This document shows positions 8,856 through 17,512 of a stretch of 64,000 nt of DNA, in pieces. A model generated the notes under the pieces. The model did no database searches and was not told the DNA's origin. It saw only the letters and a list, made by a program, of their open reading frames with translations. The stretch is from positions 1-64,000 of the forward strand of contig JBBIRR010000015.1 of NCBI GenBank assembly GCA_037441705.1, in the 5' to 3' direction. The stretch comes from Ignavibacteriales bacterium (GTDB lineage Bacteria; Bacteroidota; Ignavibacteria; UBA10030; UBA6906). Every line of letters starts with the position of its first letter. Positions within the stretch are counted from its first letter, which is position 1. Both the position numbers and the translations under genes were made by a program.

Positions 8856-9881
8856 ATGCCACAATCCACCTTTTTCTGCATAGACGCGCATACCTGCGGG
8901 AATCCCGTTCGTGTTGTTGCGGGCGGCGGTCCGCTGCTGAACGGAACAACCATGAGCGAACGGCGATTGGATTTTCTGAAACGGTATGACTGGATTCGTA
9001 CCGGCCTGATGTTCGAGCCGCGCGGGCACGATATGATGAGCGGCAGCATTCTCTATCCGCCCACGCGCGACGATACGGACATCGGGATCCTCTTCATCGA
9101 AACCAGCGGCTGCCTGCCCATGTGCGGGCACGGAACGATCGGAACAGTGACGGTGATGATCGAGCACGGTCTCGTCTCACCAAAAACTCCAGGGAAGCTG
9201 CGGCTCGAAGTCCCGGCGGGAATTGTTGAAGCCTACTACGAGATGGAGGGAACGAAAGTCAAAAGCGTCCGCATCGTCAATGTGCCGTCGTTCCTGCATT
9301 CCACCGGACTTGAAGTGGAGTGTCCGGACCTTGGCATGCTCAAGGTTGATGTTGCATACGGGGGAAATTTCTATGCTATCGTCGATCCGCAAGAAAACTA
9401 TCGCGGTCTCGAACATATCACTGCGGCGGATGTGTTGCGATGGAGTCCGGTCGTGCGCAAGCGCATCAACGAGCGGTATAGCTTCGTTCATCCAGAGAAT
9501 CCGACGATCAAAGGGTGCAGTCACGTGATGTGGACGGGAAGGGCAACCCATCCGGAAGCGACGGCCCGTAATGCAGTCTTCTACGGCGAGAAAGCAATTG
9601 ACCGCTCACCCTGCGGCACCGGAACCTCGGCCCGCGTTGCTCAGCTCGCAGCCAAAGGCTGTGCGCCGCTCGGCTTACCCCAACTGAATGAAGGAGAGGT
9701 GTTCGTGCACGAAAGTATCATCGGCAGTCTCTTCAAAGCCCGCATTGAAGGACGCGCAAAGGTGGGCGCGTACGATGCCGTCATCCCAAGCATCGAGGGG
9801 TGGGCGAAGATTTACGGATTCAACACCATCACGATCGACAAGGAGGATGATCCGTTCGCGCACGGATTCCAGGTGCTATAA
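8856..9881 (+). CDS. 4-hydroxyproline 2-epimerase (proline racemase family)
   Basis: 'IDAHTCGNP', 'EPRGH' and both catalytic Cys motifs, 'MCGH' and 'DRSPCGTG'. Confidence 0.9.
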   Translation: MPQSTFFCIDAHTCGNPVRVVAGGGPLLNGTTMSERRLDFLKRYDWIRTGLMFEPRGHDMMSGSILYPPTRDDTDIGILFIETSGCLPMCGHGTIGTVTVMIEHGLVSPKTPGKLRLEVPAGIVEAYYEMEGTKVKSVRIVNVPSFLHSTGLEVECPDLGMLKVDVAYGGNFYAIVDPQENYRGLEHITAADVLRWSPVVRKRINERYSFVHPENPTIKGCSHVMWTGRATHPEATARNAVFYGEKAIDRSPCGTGTSARVAQLAAKGCAPLGLPQLNEGEVFVHESIIGSLFKARIEGRAKVGAYDAVIPSIEGWAKIYGFNTITIDKEDDPFAHGFQVL

Positions 9882-9936
9882 TCAGCAAAAAGTTGAAAGC
9901 ACAACCTTGACCCCGTTAACAGCGCTCAAACTGCTC

Positions 9937-9965
9937 TTGATTATCCGTATCGCATTCTGTATGAT
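9937..9965 (+). promoter_or_regulatory. sigma70-type promoter of the TA-like pair (near-leaderless)
   Basis: TTGATT (9937-9942), 17 bp, TATGAT (9960-9965); ATG at 9974. Confidence 0.55.
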
Positions 9966-9973
9966 ATGAACAG

Positions 9974-10209
9974 ATGAAGATAACTTTCTCACGACATGCC
10001 AGACGAAGAATGAAGCTTTATCAGATTGACGAGGATGACGTCGTTGAGTCAATCATGAATCACTTCAAATCAGTTGACGAAAGCTCGAAATTGTAGACGA
10101 GAAACTCAAATCAAAGTACAGCTATCCTTTGAAGACGGTTGTTACAATCGAACACGGTGAAGCCATTGTTGTTACCACATATCCCCTGAAAGGTAGACGA
10201 AGGCCATGA
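9974..10209 (+). pseudogene. DUF4258-like (BrnT/RelE-like) toxin gene, frameshifted
   Basis: 9974-10096 encodes MKITFSRHARRRMKLYQIDEDDV...SKL*. The -1 frame continues LEIVDEKLKSKYSYPLKTVVTIEHGEAIVVTTYPLKGRRRP*, ending in an ATGA overlap with the next gene. Not in the ORF track. Confidence 0.75.
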
Positions 10210-10409
10210 AGATTTTTTATGATAAGCAATCCGACAGCGCTTATATCGAATTGTCGCAAGACAAACCAACTGGCGTTGTGGAAGTATCAGAAGGGGTCAA
10301 TATCGACAAGACAGAGAACAACAAAATTGTCGGCATCGAGTTGCTTGATGCATCCAGAAAATTCCCAATTGATACCCTCTTTCGATTTGAGGTGGAGCAA
10401 ACGGCATAG
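10206..10409 (+). CDS. DUF2283-family protein (putative antitoxin)
   Basis: The 'MKIFYDKQSDSAYI...VNID...IVGIELLDAS' pattern is characteristic of the family. Confidence 0.85.
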   Translation: MKIFYDKQSDSAYIELSQDKPTGVVEVSEGVNIDKTENNKIVGIELLDASRKFPIDTLFRFEVEQTA

Positions 10410-10454
10410 GAGCCGCTCCATCTTACTCCGTTCTGTCTCACCTGCAATCATGCG

Positions 10455-11717
10455 ATGAATTCGAATCCCAATGTCGTTATCATCGGCGGCGGAGCCATCG
10501 GCCTCTGTTCCGCTTACTATCTGCAGAAAGCCGGGGCACAAGTTACTGTCATTGACAAAGGCGAGTTCGGCCACGGCTCGTCGCTGCACAATGCGGGGTA
10601 CGTGTGTCCGAGCCATTTCATTCCGCTTGCATCGCCGGGCATCATCTCCCAGGGATTGAAGTGGATGCTGAACCCGGTCAGTCCGTTTTACATCAAGCCG
10701 CGGTTGAACCGGGACTTTCTTGCGTGGGCGTGGAAGTTCAAGCAATCGTGCACCGACGAGCATGTACGCCGGGTTGCGCCGTTGCTGCGTGACTTGCACA
10801 TCGAGAGTCTGAAGCTGTACAAGGAGTTTGCGGCGATGAAGGCATTCGATTTTGAGTGGACAGAAAAAGGGTTGCTGATTCTGTACCGTACGGAACGAGG
10901 CAAACACGATTGTGAAGAGGAAGCAAGGCTCGCGGCGGAGTTGGGTGTCGAGGTACAAATGCTCGGTCGCACCGACGTGCAAGCGTTGCAGCCCGAGGTC
11001 GAGATGCGCGCACACGGCGGTCTCTACTATCCTGGCGACTGCCACCTGACTCCGGCAAAATTCGTTGAAGGACTTACGAGGCATCTCGAGCAAAGCGGAG
11101 TGAAGCTGGTGAAGAACACAGCGATCTCCGGTTTTGAGGTTCGGGGGAATCGAGTCAGTGAAGCGGTGACGACGAACGGAAGTATTGCGGCGGATGAGTT
11201 TGTATTGGCCGGCGGCTCGTGGTCTCCGGAGATTATCAAGCCGCTCGGACTTCGTTTGTTGGTGGAAGCGGGCAAAGGCTACAGCGTTACGATTCCGCGA
11301 ACGGAGAAGAAGCCGCGCATTCCCTTCATTTGCACTGAAGCGCGCGTTGCCGTTACCCCCATGGGCGACACGCTCCGCTTTGCCGGCACGATGGAGATTG
11401 CAGGTGTGGACACGAGCATCACACGCCGGCGTGTAGAGGCAATCCTCAATGCCGTTCCGGGCTACATGGGCGGATTCCGGCCGTCGGAGTTCGATCACGT
11501 AGAACCATGGGCAGGCTTGCGCCCCGTCAGTCCCGACGGCGTACCATACATCGGAAGGTTCCGCGCATACCCGAATCTGATTGCCGCAACCGGACACGCC
11601 ATGATCGGCATGTCGCTGGCCCCGGTGACGGGGAAGGTGGTGGCGGAGATCCTTGCTGCGAAACCAATTGCCTTTGATCTCCATCTGCTTGATCCGGATC
11701 GCTTTACCACGACTTAA
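10455..11717 (+). CDS. FAD-dependent D-amino acid dehydrogenase (DadA-like), candidate D-hydroxyproline dehydrogenase
   Basis: 'IIGGGAIG', 'SSLHNAG', 'GKGYS', 'WAGLRPVSPDGVP', 'ATGH'. Confidence 0.85.
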   Translation: MNSNPNVVIIGGGAIGLCSAYYLQKAGAQVTVIDKGEFGHGSSLHNAGYVCPSHFIPLASPGIISQGLKWMLNPVSPFYIKPRLNRDFLAWAWKFKQSCTDEHVRRVAPLLRDLHIESLKLYKEFAAMKAFDFEWTEKGLLILYRTERGKHDCEEEARLAAELGVEVQMLGRTDVQALQPEVEMRAHGGLYYPGDCHLTPAKFVEGLTRHLEQSGVKLVKNTAISGFEVRGNRVSEAVTTNGSIAADEFVLAGGSWSPEIIKPLGLRLLVEAGKGYSVTIPRTEKKPRIPFICTEARVAVTPMGDTLRFAGTMEIAGVDTSITRRRVEAILNAVPGYMGGFRPSEFDHVEPWAGLRPVSPDGVPYIGRFRAYPNLIAATGHAMIGMSLAPVTGKVVAEILAAKPIAFDLHLLDPDRFTTT

Positions 11718-11745
11718 GGTTTCGTATGATAACTGCCACCCGGCT

Positions 11746-11774
11746 TTGACTTTCAGTTGTGTTACCGCTAAATT
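11746..11774 (+). promoter_or_regulatory. sigma70-type promoter of the ATPase/DUF4276 pair
   Basis: TTGACT (11746-11751), 17 bp, TAAATT (11769-11774). Confidence 0.5.
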
Positions 11775-11794
11775 GGCGGCAGAAGAAGGGCGAG

Positions 11795-13072
11795 ATGATC
11801 AGAAGAATCAAAATCGAAAACTACAAGTCGTTTGAAGAGGTTGAGGTCGGGCTTCGTCCTCTTACGGTGATTTTTGGCCCGAACGCCTCGGGAAAGAGCA
11901 ATCTCTTCGATGCGCTGAATCTCGTTGCTCGCATAGTCACTTCAAGAAATCTCAAAGAAGCGTTTGAACATCACCGCGGCTTGCCGTTGGAAGCCGTTCA
12001 CTACAGCACAGGTTCTTTCGCAGATCTTTTGAAGAAAGACACTCATAGAATCCTCTTTGAGATAGACGTGGATCTGAGTGATATTGTTGTGGAGGAGATC
12101 GAGCAACGAATTCGTGATCTGCGCAAAGGCATAGAGGCCGAAGGCGGGGAGTCCAACCTTCATGAAAAGAGCAGAATCACGGAACGGTCTCTTCGCTACA
12201 GAATAGAACTGGAGATTCAGTCGAAGAGTGGTGTCCTTCGGGTGATGGACGAGCGTCTCTCAGCACTCCGGAAGAAAAGCCTCGAGGAGAAAGCAAGAAA
12301 TCCCTTTATCGAGAAGGTGGGCAACAAGCTGAGTTTGAGAATGGAAGGGCAAGCCCACCCTACAATGCACGAGATCGGATTGGACTACGCAATCGCATCC
12401 ACGCCATTATATGTTCCTCACTACCCTCATTTGTCTGCTTTTCGTGAGGAAATGTCTCGATGTCGGTTCTACTATTTCGAGCCTCGCGTTTTGATGCGAG
12501 AGGCCAATGCTATTGCCGATGTGTCTGTGCTGGGTCCTCGGGGTGAGGAGTTGGCTGCGTTTTATCACACGCTTTCTCTCCGGAACGAACAACAGTTTCG
12601 TGCACTGAAGCTTGCCGCAAAGCAACTCCTGACGCGTATTACTGATCTTGACGTTGAGAAGACAGAAAAGGCGGAGGTATTCCTTCGAGTATGGGAAGAT
12701 GGTGCTTCATATTCGAACCGGCTGATCTCGGAAGGTACTCTTCGGGTTCTCGGACTGCTGGCTGCTCTTTCTCCGACCTCTGGATCAACGACTGTTGGTT
12801 ATGAAGAGCCGGAGAATGGAGTTCACCCAAGGCGGTTGCAAACTATTGCCGAGCTTCTCAAGAACGCCGCAAATGGATCTCGGCAGGTGTTGGTCAATAC
12901 ACACTCGCCTATTCTTCCTACATACTTTGACAACGAGGATTTGCTCATCTGTCAGAGACACGGGCCCTCGACGAGGTTTATTCCATTCTCCTCGCACGGT
13001 GAAATATTTCGCTCGCACGAAATCGAAACGTACCTGGAGGAGCGCATCGTGCGAGGAGACTATGGCGGCTAA
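11795..13072 (+). CDS. ABC/SMC-like ATPase (AAA_21, COG4637-like)
   Basis: 'IENYKSF', Walker A 'GPNASGKS', signature-like 'ISEGT', Walker B 'YEEPENGVHP', H-loop 'NTHSP'. Confidence 0.85.
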   Translation: MIRRIKIENYKSFEEVEVGLRPLTVIFGPNASGKSNLFDALNLVARIVTSRNLKEAFEHHRGLPLEAVHYSTGSFADLLKKDTHRILFEIDVDLSDIVVEEIEQRIRDLRKGIEAEGGESNLHEKSRITERSLRYRIELEIQSKSGVLRVMDERLSALRKKSLEEKARNPFIEKVGNKLSLRMEGQAHPTMHEIGLDYAIASTPLYVPHYPHLSAFREEMSRCRFYYFEPRVLMREANAIADVSVLGPRGEELAAFYHTLSLRNEQQFRALKLAAKQLLTRITDLDVEKTEKAEVFLRVWEDGASYSNRLISEGTLRVLGLLAALSPTSGSTTVGYEEPENGVHPRRLQTIAELLKNAANGSRQVLVNTHSPILPTYFDNEDLLICQRHGPSTRFIPFSSHGEIFRSHEIETYLEERIVRGDYGG

Positions 13073-13673
13073 TCGCATCATTGCCTTTTTTCTCGAAGAT
13101 AGCGCTCAAGAAGCCCTTATCCCCTCCCTTGTTCGACGGCTCATTGCAGAAGCAGGGTTGAGTACCGAGAAATTTGAGTTCCTCATCTTACACTCCCGAG
13201 GTGGCGGATCACTTCGATCATTCAAAACATTTCTCAAAGATGCCAGAAAACGCAGGTATCTCATTGACCTGCTCATCGTAGGTTCGGATGCGAATTGCAA
13301 AGGCTTCAGCGAGCGCAGGAATACTATCCTGAAAGCGGGAAGAGGCTCTCCTTATCTGGACAGGATCATTCCAGCAATACCCGATCCTCATATTGAGCGG
13401 TGGTTTATGCTGGATATGAAAGCGCTGAGTAAGGCGTCTCAACTTGCTTTGCAAGGAGAACTTCCAGCCTACAAGTGCGATAAGGGTCGCTACAAGGGGC
13501 TCCTCCGAGATGTTTTCCAGAGGAGCGGTGTTGCCCCGCCACTTGGTGGCGTTGAATATGGACCGGACGTCGCGGTTGAGATGGACCTCTATCACGCCTG
13601 TAAGCTGAATAGTGGCTTGGATAGTTTTGTGCGAGAAGTCCGTGCCTGGCTAAAGCAAATCGAAGTCTCATGA
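13062..13673 (+). CDS. DUF4276/RloB-like Toprim-fold protein
   Basis: Overlaps the ATPase stop; GAGGAG RBS; motifs 'FFLED', 'VGSDAN' and 'PHIERWFM'. Confidence 0.7.
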   Translation: MAANRIIAFFLEDSAQEALIPSLVRRLIAEAGLSTEKFEFLILHSRGGGSLRSFKTFLKDARKRRYLIDLLIVGSDANCKGFSERRNTILKAGRGSPYLDRIIPAIPDPHIERWFMLDMKALSKASQLALQGELPAYKCDKGRYKGLLRDVFQRSGVAPPLGGVEYGPDVAVEMDLYHACKLNSGLDSFVREVRAWLKQIEVS

Positions 13674-13703
13674 TCTTCTTCTCAAAACTCAAGCACCTCC
13701 CCA

Positions 13704-14879
13704 ATGCTTATCAAACAAAAAATTCACCAGGCTCAAGCTCTCCTCAAGGAGTTCGATGTTGACTGCTGGCTTACGTTCGTGCGCGAGACGGCACTCAACG
13801 GCGATCCTGTTCTGCCTTTCCTCGTGGATGGCGATCTGACATGGCATTCAGCTTTCATTATCACCCCCCAGCATGCCTATGCCATCGTCGGTCAGTACGA
13901 TAAACAAGGCGTGGTAGATGTTGGAGCGTACGACGACGTGATCGGCTACGTGAAAGGCATCAAGGAACATTTTCTTGCACTGATGAAGAGCCTCGATCCG
14001 CGGAAGATCGCCGTCAACTACTCGGTGGGCAGCGAAATCTGTGACGGCATCACGCACGGGATGTACCTCACGCTGCGCGACTTTTTGTACGAGCTTGATA
14101 TGCAGGACAGGATTGTTTCGGCGGAGAAGATCGTCTCAGCGTTGCGCGCGCGAAAGACTCCGGCAGAGGTGGACAACATCAAGAACGCCATCAGCATCAC
14201 GGAACGCATCTTTGCCGAGGTTGCTTCGTTCATCGCTCCGGGCAGAACGGAGAAGGAAATCGCCGCGTTCATGAAGCACAAAGCCGACGCCGCGGGTGTC
14301 ACCTACGCGTGGGATCCGCGTTCGTGTCCGGCCGTCTTTACCGGACCGGATACAGCCGAGGCGCATTACGGTCCGACCGATCGCGTCGTGCAGCGTGGGC
14401 ACATTCTCAACATGGACTTCGGGCTGAAATACAACGGCTATTGTTCCGACCTGCAGCGAACGTTCTACATATTGGAAGAAGGCGAAACCGCCGCGCCTCC
14501 CGATGTGCAAAGAGGTTTCGATACGATCGTGACATCCATTGAACTTGCGCGGCAGCAGATGCGGCCGGGTGTGCAAGGAGTTGAAATAGACAAGACGGCA
14601 CGTACGTTCATCACGCAGTCAGGCTATCCGGAATATCCTCACGGGCTTGGTCATCAGGTTGGGCGTTTTGCACACGACGGCACCGCATTGCTCGGCCCGG
14701 CGTGGGAGAAGTATGCGCAGAAGCCGTTTCAAAAACTCGAAGCCGGCATGGTGTTCACGCTTGAGCCCCGCTTGCCCGTTCCCGGTCGGGGCATCGTAAC
14801 GATCGAGGAGATGGTTCTGGTGACCGAAAGCGGAGCGGATTTTCTCTCTACCCCACAGAAGCAACTTACCCTCATCTAA
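13704..14879 (+). CDS. Xaa-Pro peptidase family (M24) protein
   Basis: Metal ligands 'MDFG', 'YCSDLQRT', 'HGLGHQVG', 'TLEP' and 'IEE'. Confidence 0.9.
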   Translation: MLIKQKIHQAQALLKEFDVDCWLTFVRETALNGDPVLPFLVDGDLTWHSAFIITPQHAYAIVGQYDKQGVVDVGAYDDVIGYVKGIKEHFLALMKSLDPRKIAVNYSVGSEICDGITHGMYLTLRDFLYELDMQDRIVSAEKIVSALRARKTPAEVDNIKNAISITERIFAEVASFIAPGRTEKEIAAFMKHKADAAGVTYAWDPRSCPAVFTGPDTAEAHYGPTDRVVQRGHILNMDFGLKYNGYCSDLQRTFYILEEGETAAPPDVQRGFDTIVTSIELARQQMRPGVQGVEIDKTARTFITQSGYPEYPHGLGHQVGRFAHDGTALLGPAWEKYAQKPFQKLEAGMVFTLEPRLPVPGRGIVTIEEMVLVTESGADFLSTPQKQLTLI

Positions 14880-14887
14880 CGTTCAAA

Positions 14888-14960
14888 TCCATAAATTTTA
14901 GGGAATTTATGGATCGGCGCTCCATAAATTCTTGAAAATTTATGGGAATTGGGCTACATT
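14888..14960 (+). promoter_or_regulatory. Two tandem 26-bp palindromic operators overlapping a sigma70 promoter
   Basis: TCCATAAATT-N6-AATTTATGG(A/G) at 14888-14913 and 14921-14946; -35 TTGAAA (14932-14937), 17 bp, -10 TACATT (14955-14960). Confidence 0.75.
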
Positions 14961-15027
14961 CTCTTAGGCCGAATCCGAGTCGCAAAATGAGAATCAAGAT
15001 TTCTCTCAGCCTATCCACTATTCATCC

Positions 15028-16158
15028 ATGAATCACATTGAGCGGGCCATAACTCTCGAAAGCCAGATCAAACGGGGAAAGGTTGTGGTGATCTATGGAC
15101 CAAGACGTGTAGGCAAAACGACCCTTCTGACGGACTTTCTTTCCAAAACAAAACTCAAGTACAAGCTCGATTCCGGTGACAACATCCGTACGCAATCTGT
15201 GCTTGGCTCTCGAGACTTCTCGCTTCTGAAAGAGTATGCCGCCGGCTACGAGCTGATTGCAATTGATGAAGCTCAACAGATTCCTAATGTGGGGATGGGG
15301 CTGAAAATCCTTGTGGATCAGCAGCCGAACCTCTTCATCATTGCGACAGGATCGTCGTCGTTCGATCTTTCGCAATCTGTCGGCGAACCGTTAACAGGTA
15401 GGAAGAGCACGATCCTGCTTTACCCCATTTCTCAACTTGAGCTGCTCAAGAGCAGCAATACTTTTGAGTTGAAGGAACGCCTGGAGGAGTTTCTGGTTTT
15501 CGGCTCGTATCCGGAAGTCATCACAGCGTCAACCAGGAATGAAAAAAAGGCCTTGTTGCGAGAGCTGGTTGACTCCTATCTCCTCAAAGATGTGTTGCAG
15601 CTTGAGAGACTCCGAGGGGCGAAACAACTTCTCGATCTCCTAAAACTTCTTGCCTTTCAAATTGGTAATCTCGTTTCGCTCAACGAGCTGGCCGCACAAG
15701 TTCACATGGATGTGAAGACCGTTGGAAAATACCTCGACATTCTGGAGAAGGCATTTGTCATCAAGCGCGTTGGAGGTTTCAGTCGCAACCTGAGAAAAGA
15801 AATTGTTGCGAAGAACAAGTACTATTTCTACGATAACGGTGTGCGCAATGCTGTGATCTCGCAGTTCAATGGATTGGACAGCAGGAATGATGAGGGGGCG
15901 TTGTTCGAGAATTTTATCATGATGGAGCGCCTGAAGTTTCGCGAATACAAGAACGTCTTCGGCGAAACATACTTCTGGCGCAGCTACAGCGGCGCGGAAA
16001 TTGATATTGTAGAAGATCGCGACGGCAAGATCTTCCCCTATGAAATTAAATGGTCACCGAAAGGGCCGCAGCAGGCACCGAAGGAATGGACTGCATCATA
16101 CCCGAACGCAGAGTACCACATCGTGACGCGAAAGGATTACCTCTCCTTCATCACATAA
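15028..16158 (+). CDS. AAA_14 ATPase + wHTH + DUF4143 PD-(D/E)xK domain protein (COG1373-like)
   Basis: 'GPRRVGKT', 'IAIDEAQ', 'TGSSS', HTH-like 'SLNELAAQVHMDVKTVGKYL', 'KYYFYDNG', 'EIDIV...YEIK'. Confidence 0.9.
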   Translation: MNHIERAITLESQIKRGKVVVIYGPRRVGKTTLLTDFLSKTKLKYKLDSGDNIRTQSVLGSRDFSLLKEYAAGYELIAIDEAQQIPNVGMGLKILVDQQPNLFIIATGSSSFDLSQSVGEPLTGRKSTILLYPISQLELLKSSNTFELKERLEEFLVFGSYPEVITASTRNEKKALLRELVDSYLLKDVLQLERLRGAKQLLDLLKLLAFQIGNLVSLNELAAQVHMDVKTVGKYLDILEKAFVIKRVGGFSRNLRKEIVAKNKYYFYDNGVRNAVISQFNGLDSRNDEGALFENFIMMERLKFREYKNVFGETYFWRSYSGAEIDIVEDRDGKIFPYEIKWSPKGPQQAPKEWTASYPNAEYHIVTRKDYLSFIT

Positions 16159-16170
16159 TCGTGGCTCTTC

Positions 16171-17382
16171 TCATCGGCCCGCTTGCACCGTACCGCTTGC
16201 TTCTGCACGCGCGAACGGAAGGCGAGCCGGTCGGCTGTAGAATGTCCGCTTCAACGCGCCGGCGAGCTTGCCATTATCCTGCCGCAGCAGTTCATACGAG
16301 AAAATCACCTCGCCGTTGTAGCCGCTCACGCGGTTGTGGCGGATTGCTTCTATCAGTGCCTCCTGCGTAACAGCGCCGCTTCCCTCCTTCAACACCACCG
16401 CAGGGAATTGATACCGGTTCTTCTGTTTGATTTTGAGGGAGTCTCTGTGTTGTGCATCGAGCGTTCGCCGGTAAATCTGCATGTTGCCGGCGTGAACCTG
16501 CGGCGAGATGACATCGGCATAAAACTCTCCGTACGGATTCTCATGAATCCACGTGCGCCAGTCGTGAAGGTAACCGTTGAGCGCTTCGCGGTACGGCAGC
16601 GGCGCCCACATCATCACGAAGCGGGCTTTGAATGCCTTGACGCGCCTGTACAGTTTCTGGACCACGCTGTTGATGCGCACAGCGCGCCAGTATTTCCAAT
16701 GCGTGTCGTGCACGTCCTGCGGCGGCGTGTTGCCTGCATGCGTTTCCTGAAACAGCGCGGTTGTGATGGAATCATATCCCGCTTCGATTGGTTCGGCAAG
16801 CAGAAGGTCGCCACCCTGCACGCCGTCCACGTCGTATGATTTTGCCACTTCGGAAAGCAAGGCGAGCACAAACTCCTGAACCTCGGGGTGAAGAGGGTTC
16901 AGCCATGCAATGCCGTTTCTTGTGACCGCATTTCCTTGCCGATCACGCGCGGCCCAGTGAGGCTTCTTCTTAAGCACGAGATTGTTCTCAGGCGGTCGTG
17001 GTGCCAGGCCAAGTCCAAACGTCGGGATGACGGCGAGGTTACGCTTGCGCGCCTCTTCGATCAGTTCCGCGAGAGGATCCCGTCTGCCCGGTTTATCTTG
17101 AGGTTGTCCAAACCACTGTTCCATCACGCTGCTCGGGTAGAGCGTGGTACCGCCGTTCCAGACGACCGGAAATACAGCGTTGAAGTTGTGGTCGGCAAGA
17201 AACTGCGTTGCCTCGGCGATGGTCTCACGGCTTGCAAAGAGGACATCATCCGTCAGCCATACGCCGCGCAGTTCGATGGGAATAGGCGGAGGCATGGTCC
17301 CCGAAGCGGAGCATCCGCTCATAAGCAGGATCAGCAGAATAACCGTCAGCGTTCGCAGAACAGACGACACGGAAGACATCAT
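16171..17382 (-). CDS. Glycosyl hydrolase-like 10 (YddW/DigH-like) lipoprotein
   Basis: Lipobox 'LMSGC', 'ELRGVWLT', 'FNAVFPVVW...TLYPS', 'WLNPLHPEVQ', 'YDVDGVQ'. Start uncertain. Confidence 0.75.
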   Translation of the reverse strand: MMSSVSSVLRTLTVILLILLMSGCSASGTMPPPIPIELRGVWLTDDVLFASRETIAEATQFLADHNFNAVFPVVWNGGTTLYPSSVMEQWFGQPQDKPGRRDPLAELIEEARKRNLAVIPTFGLGLAPRPPENNLVLKKKPHWAARDRQGNAVTRNGIAWLNPLHPEVQEFVLALLSEVAKSYDVDGVQGGDLLLAEPIEAGYDSITTALFQETHAGNTPPQDVHDTHWKYWRAVRINSVVQKLYRRVKAFKARFVMMWAPLPYREALNGYLHDWRTWIHENPYGEFYADVISPQVHAGNMQIYRRTLDAQHRDSLKIKQKNRYQFPAVVLKEGSGAVTQEALIEAIRHNRVSGYNGEVIFSYELLRQDNGKLAGALKRTFYSRPARLPFARAEASGTVQAGR

Positions 17383-17512
17383 GGATGATTTCGGAAACGG
17401 ATTTTTGACAAACATACGAAAACTCCCGATGGAGAAAAAGAGCACGACGTCTGTTGCAAGCGAGAGAAATTCCGTATTATGACGCACGTATCACTCTGCA
17501 TGATGAGAAGTC

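Noticed and set aside
10076-10096. Programmed -1 frameshift in the DUF4258-like gene
   Set aside because: No in-frame X XXY YYZ heptamer or clear stimulatory hairpin; a simple deletion or sequencing error is more parsimonious.
8143-16158. Integron cassette array
   Set aside because: No tyrosine integrase, and no consistent RYYYAAC...GTTRRRY attC sites recognised at the cassette ends.
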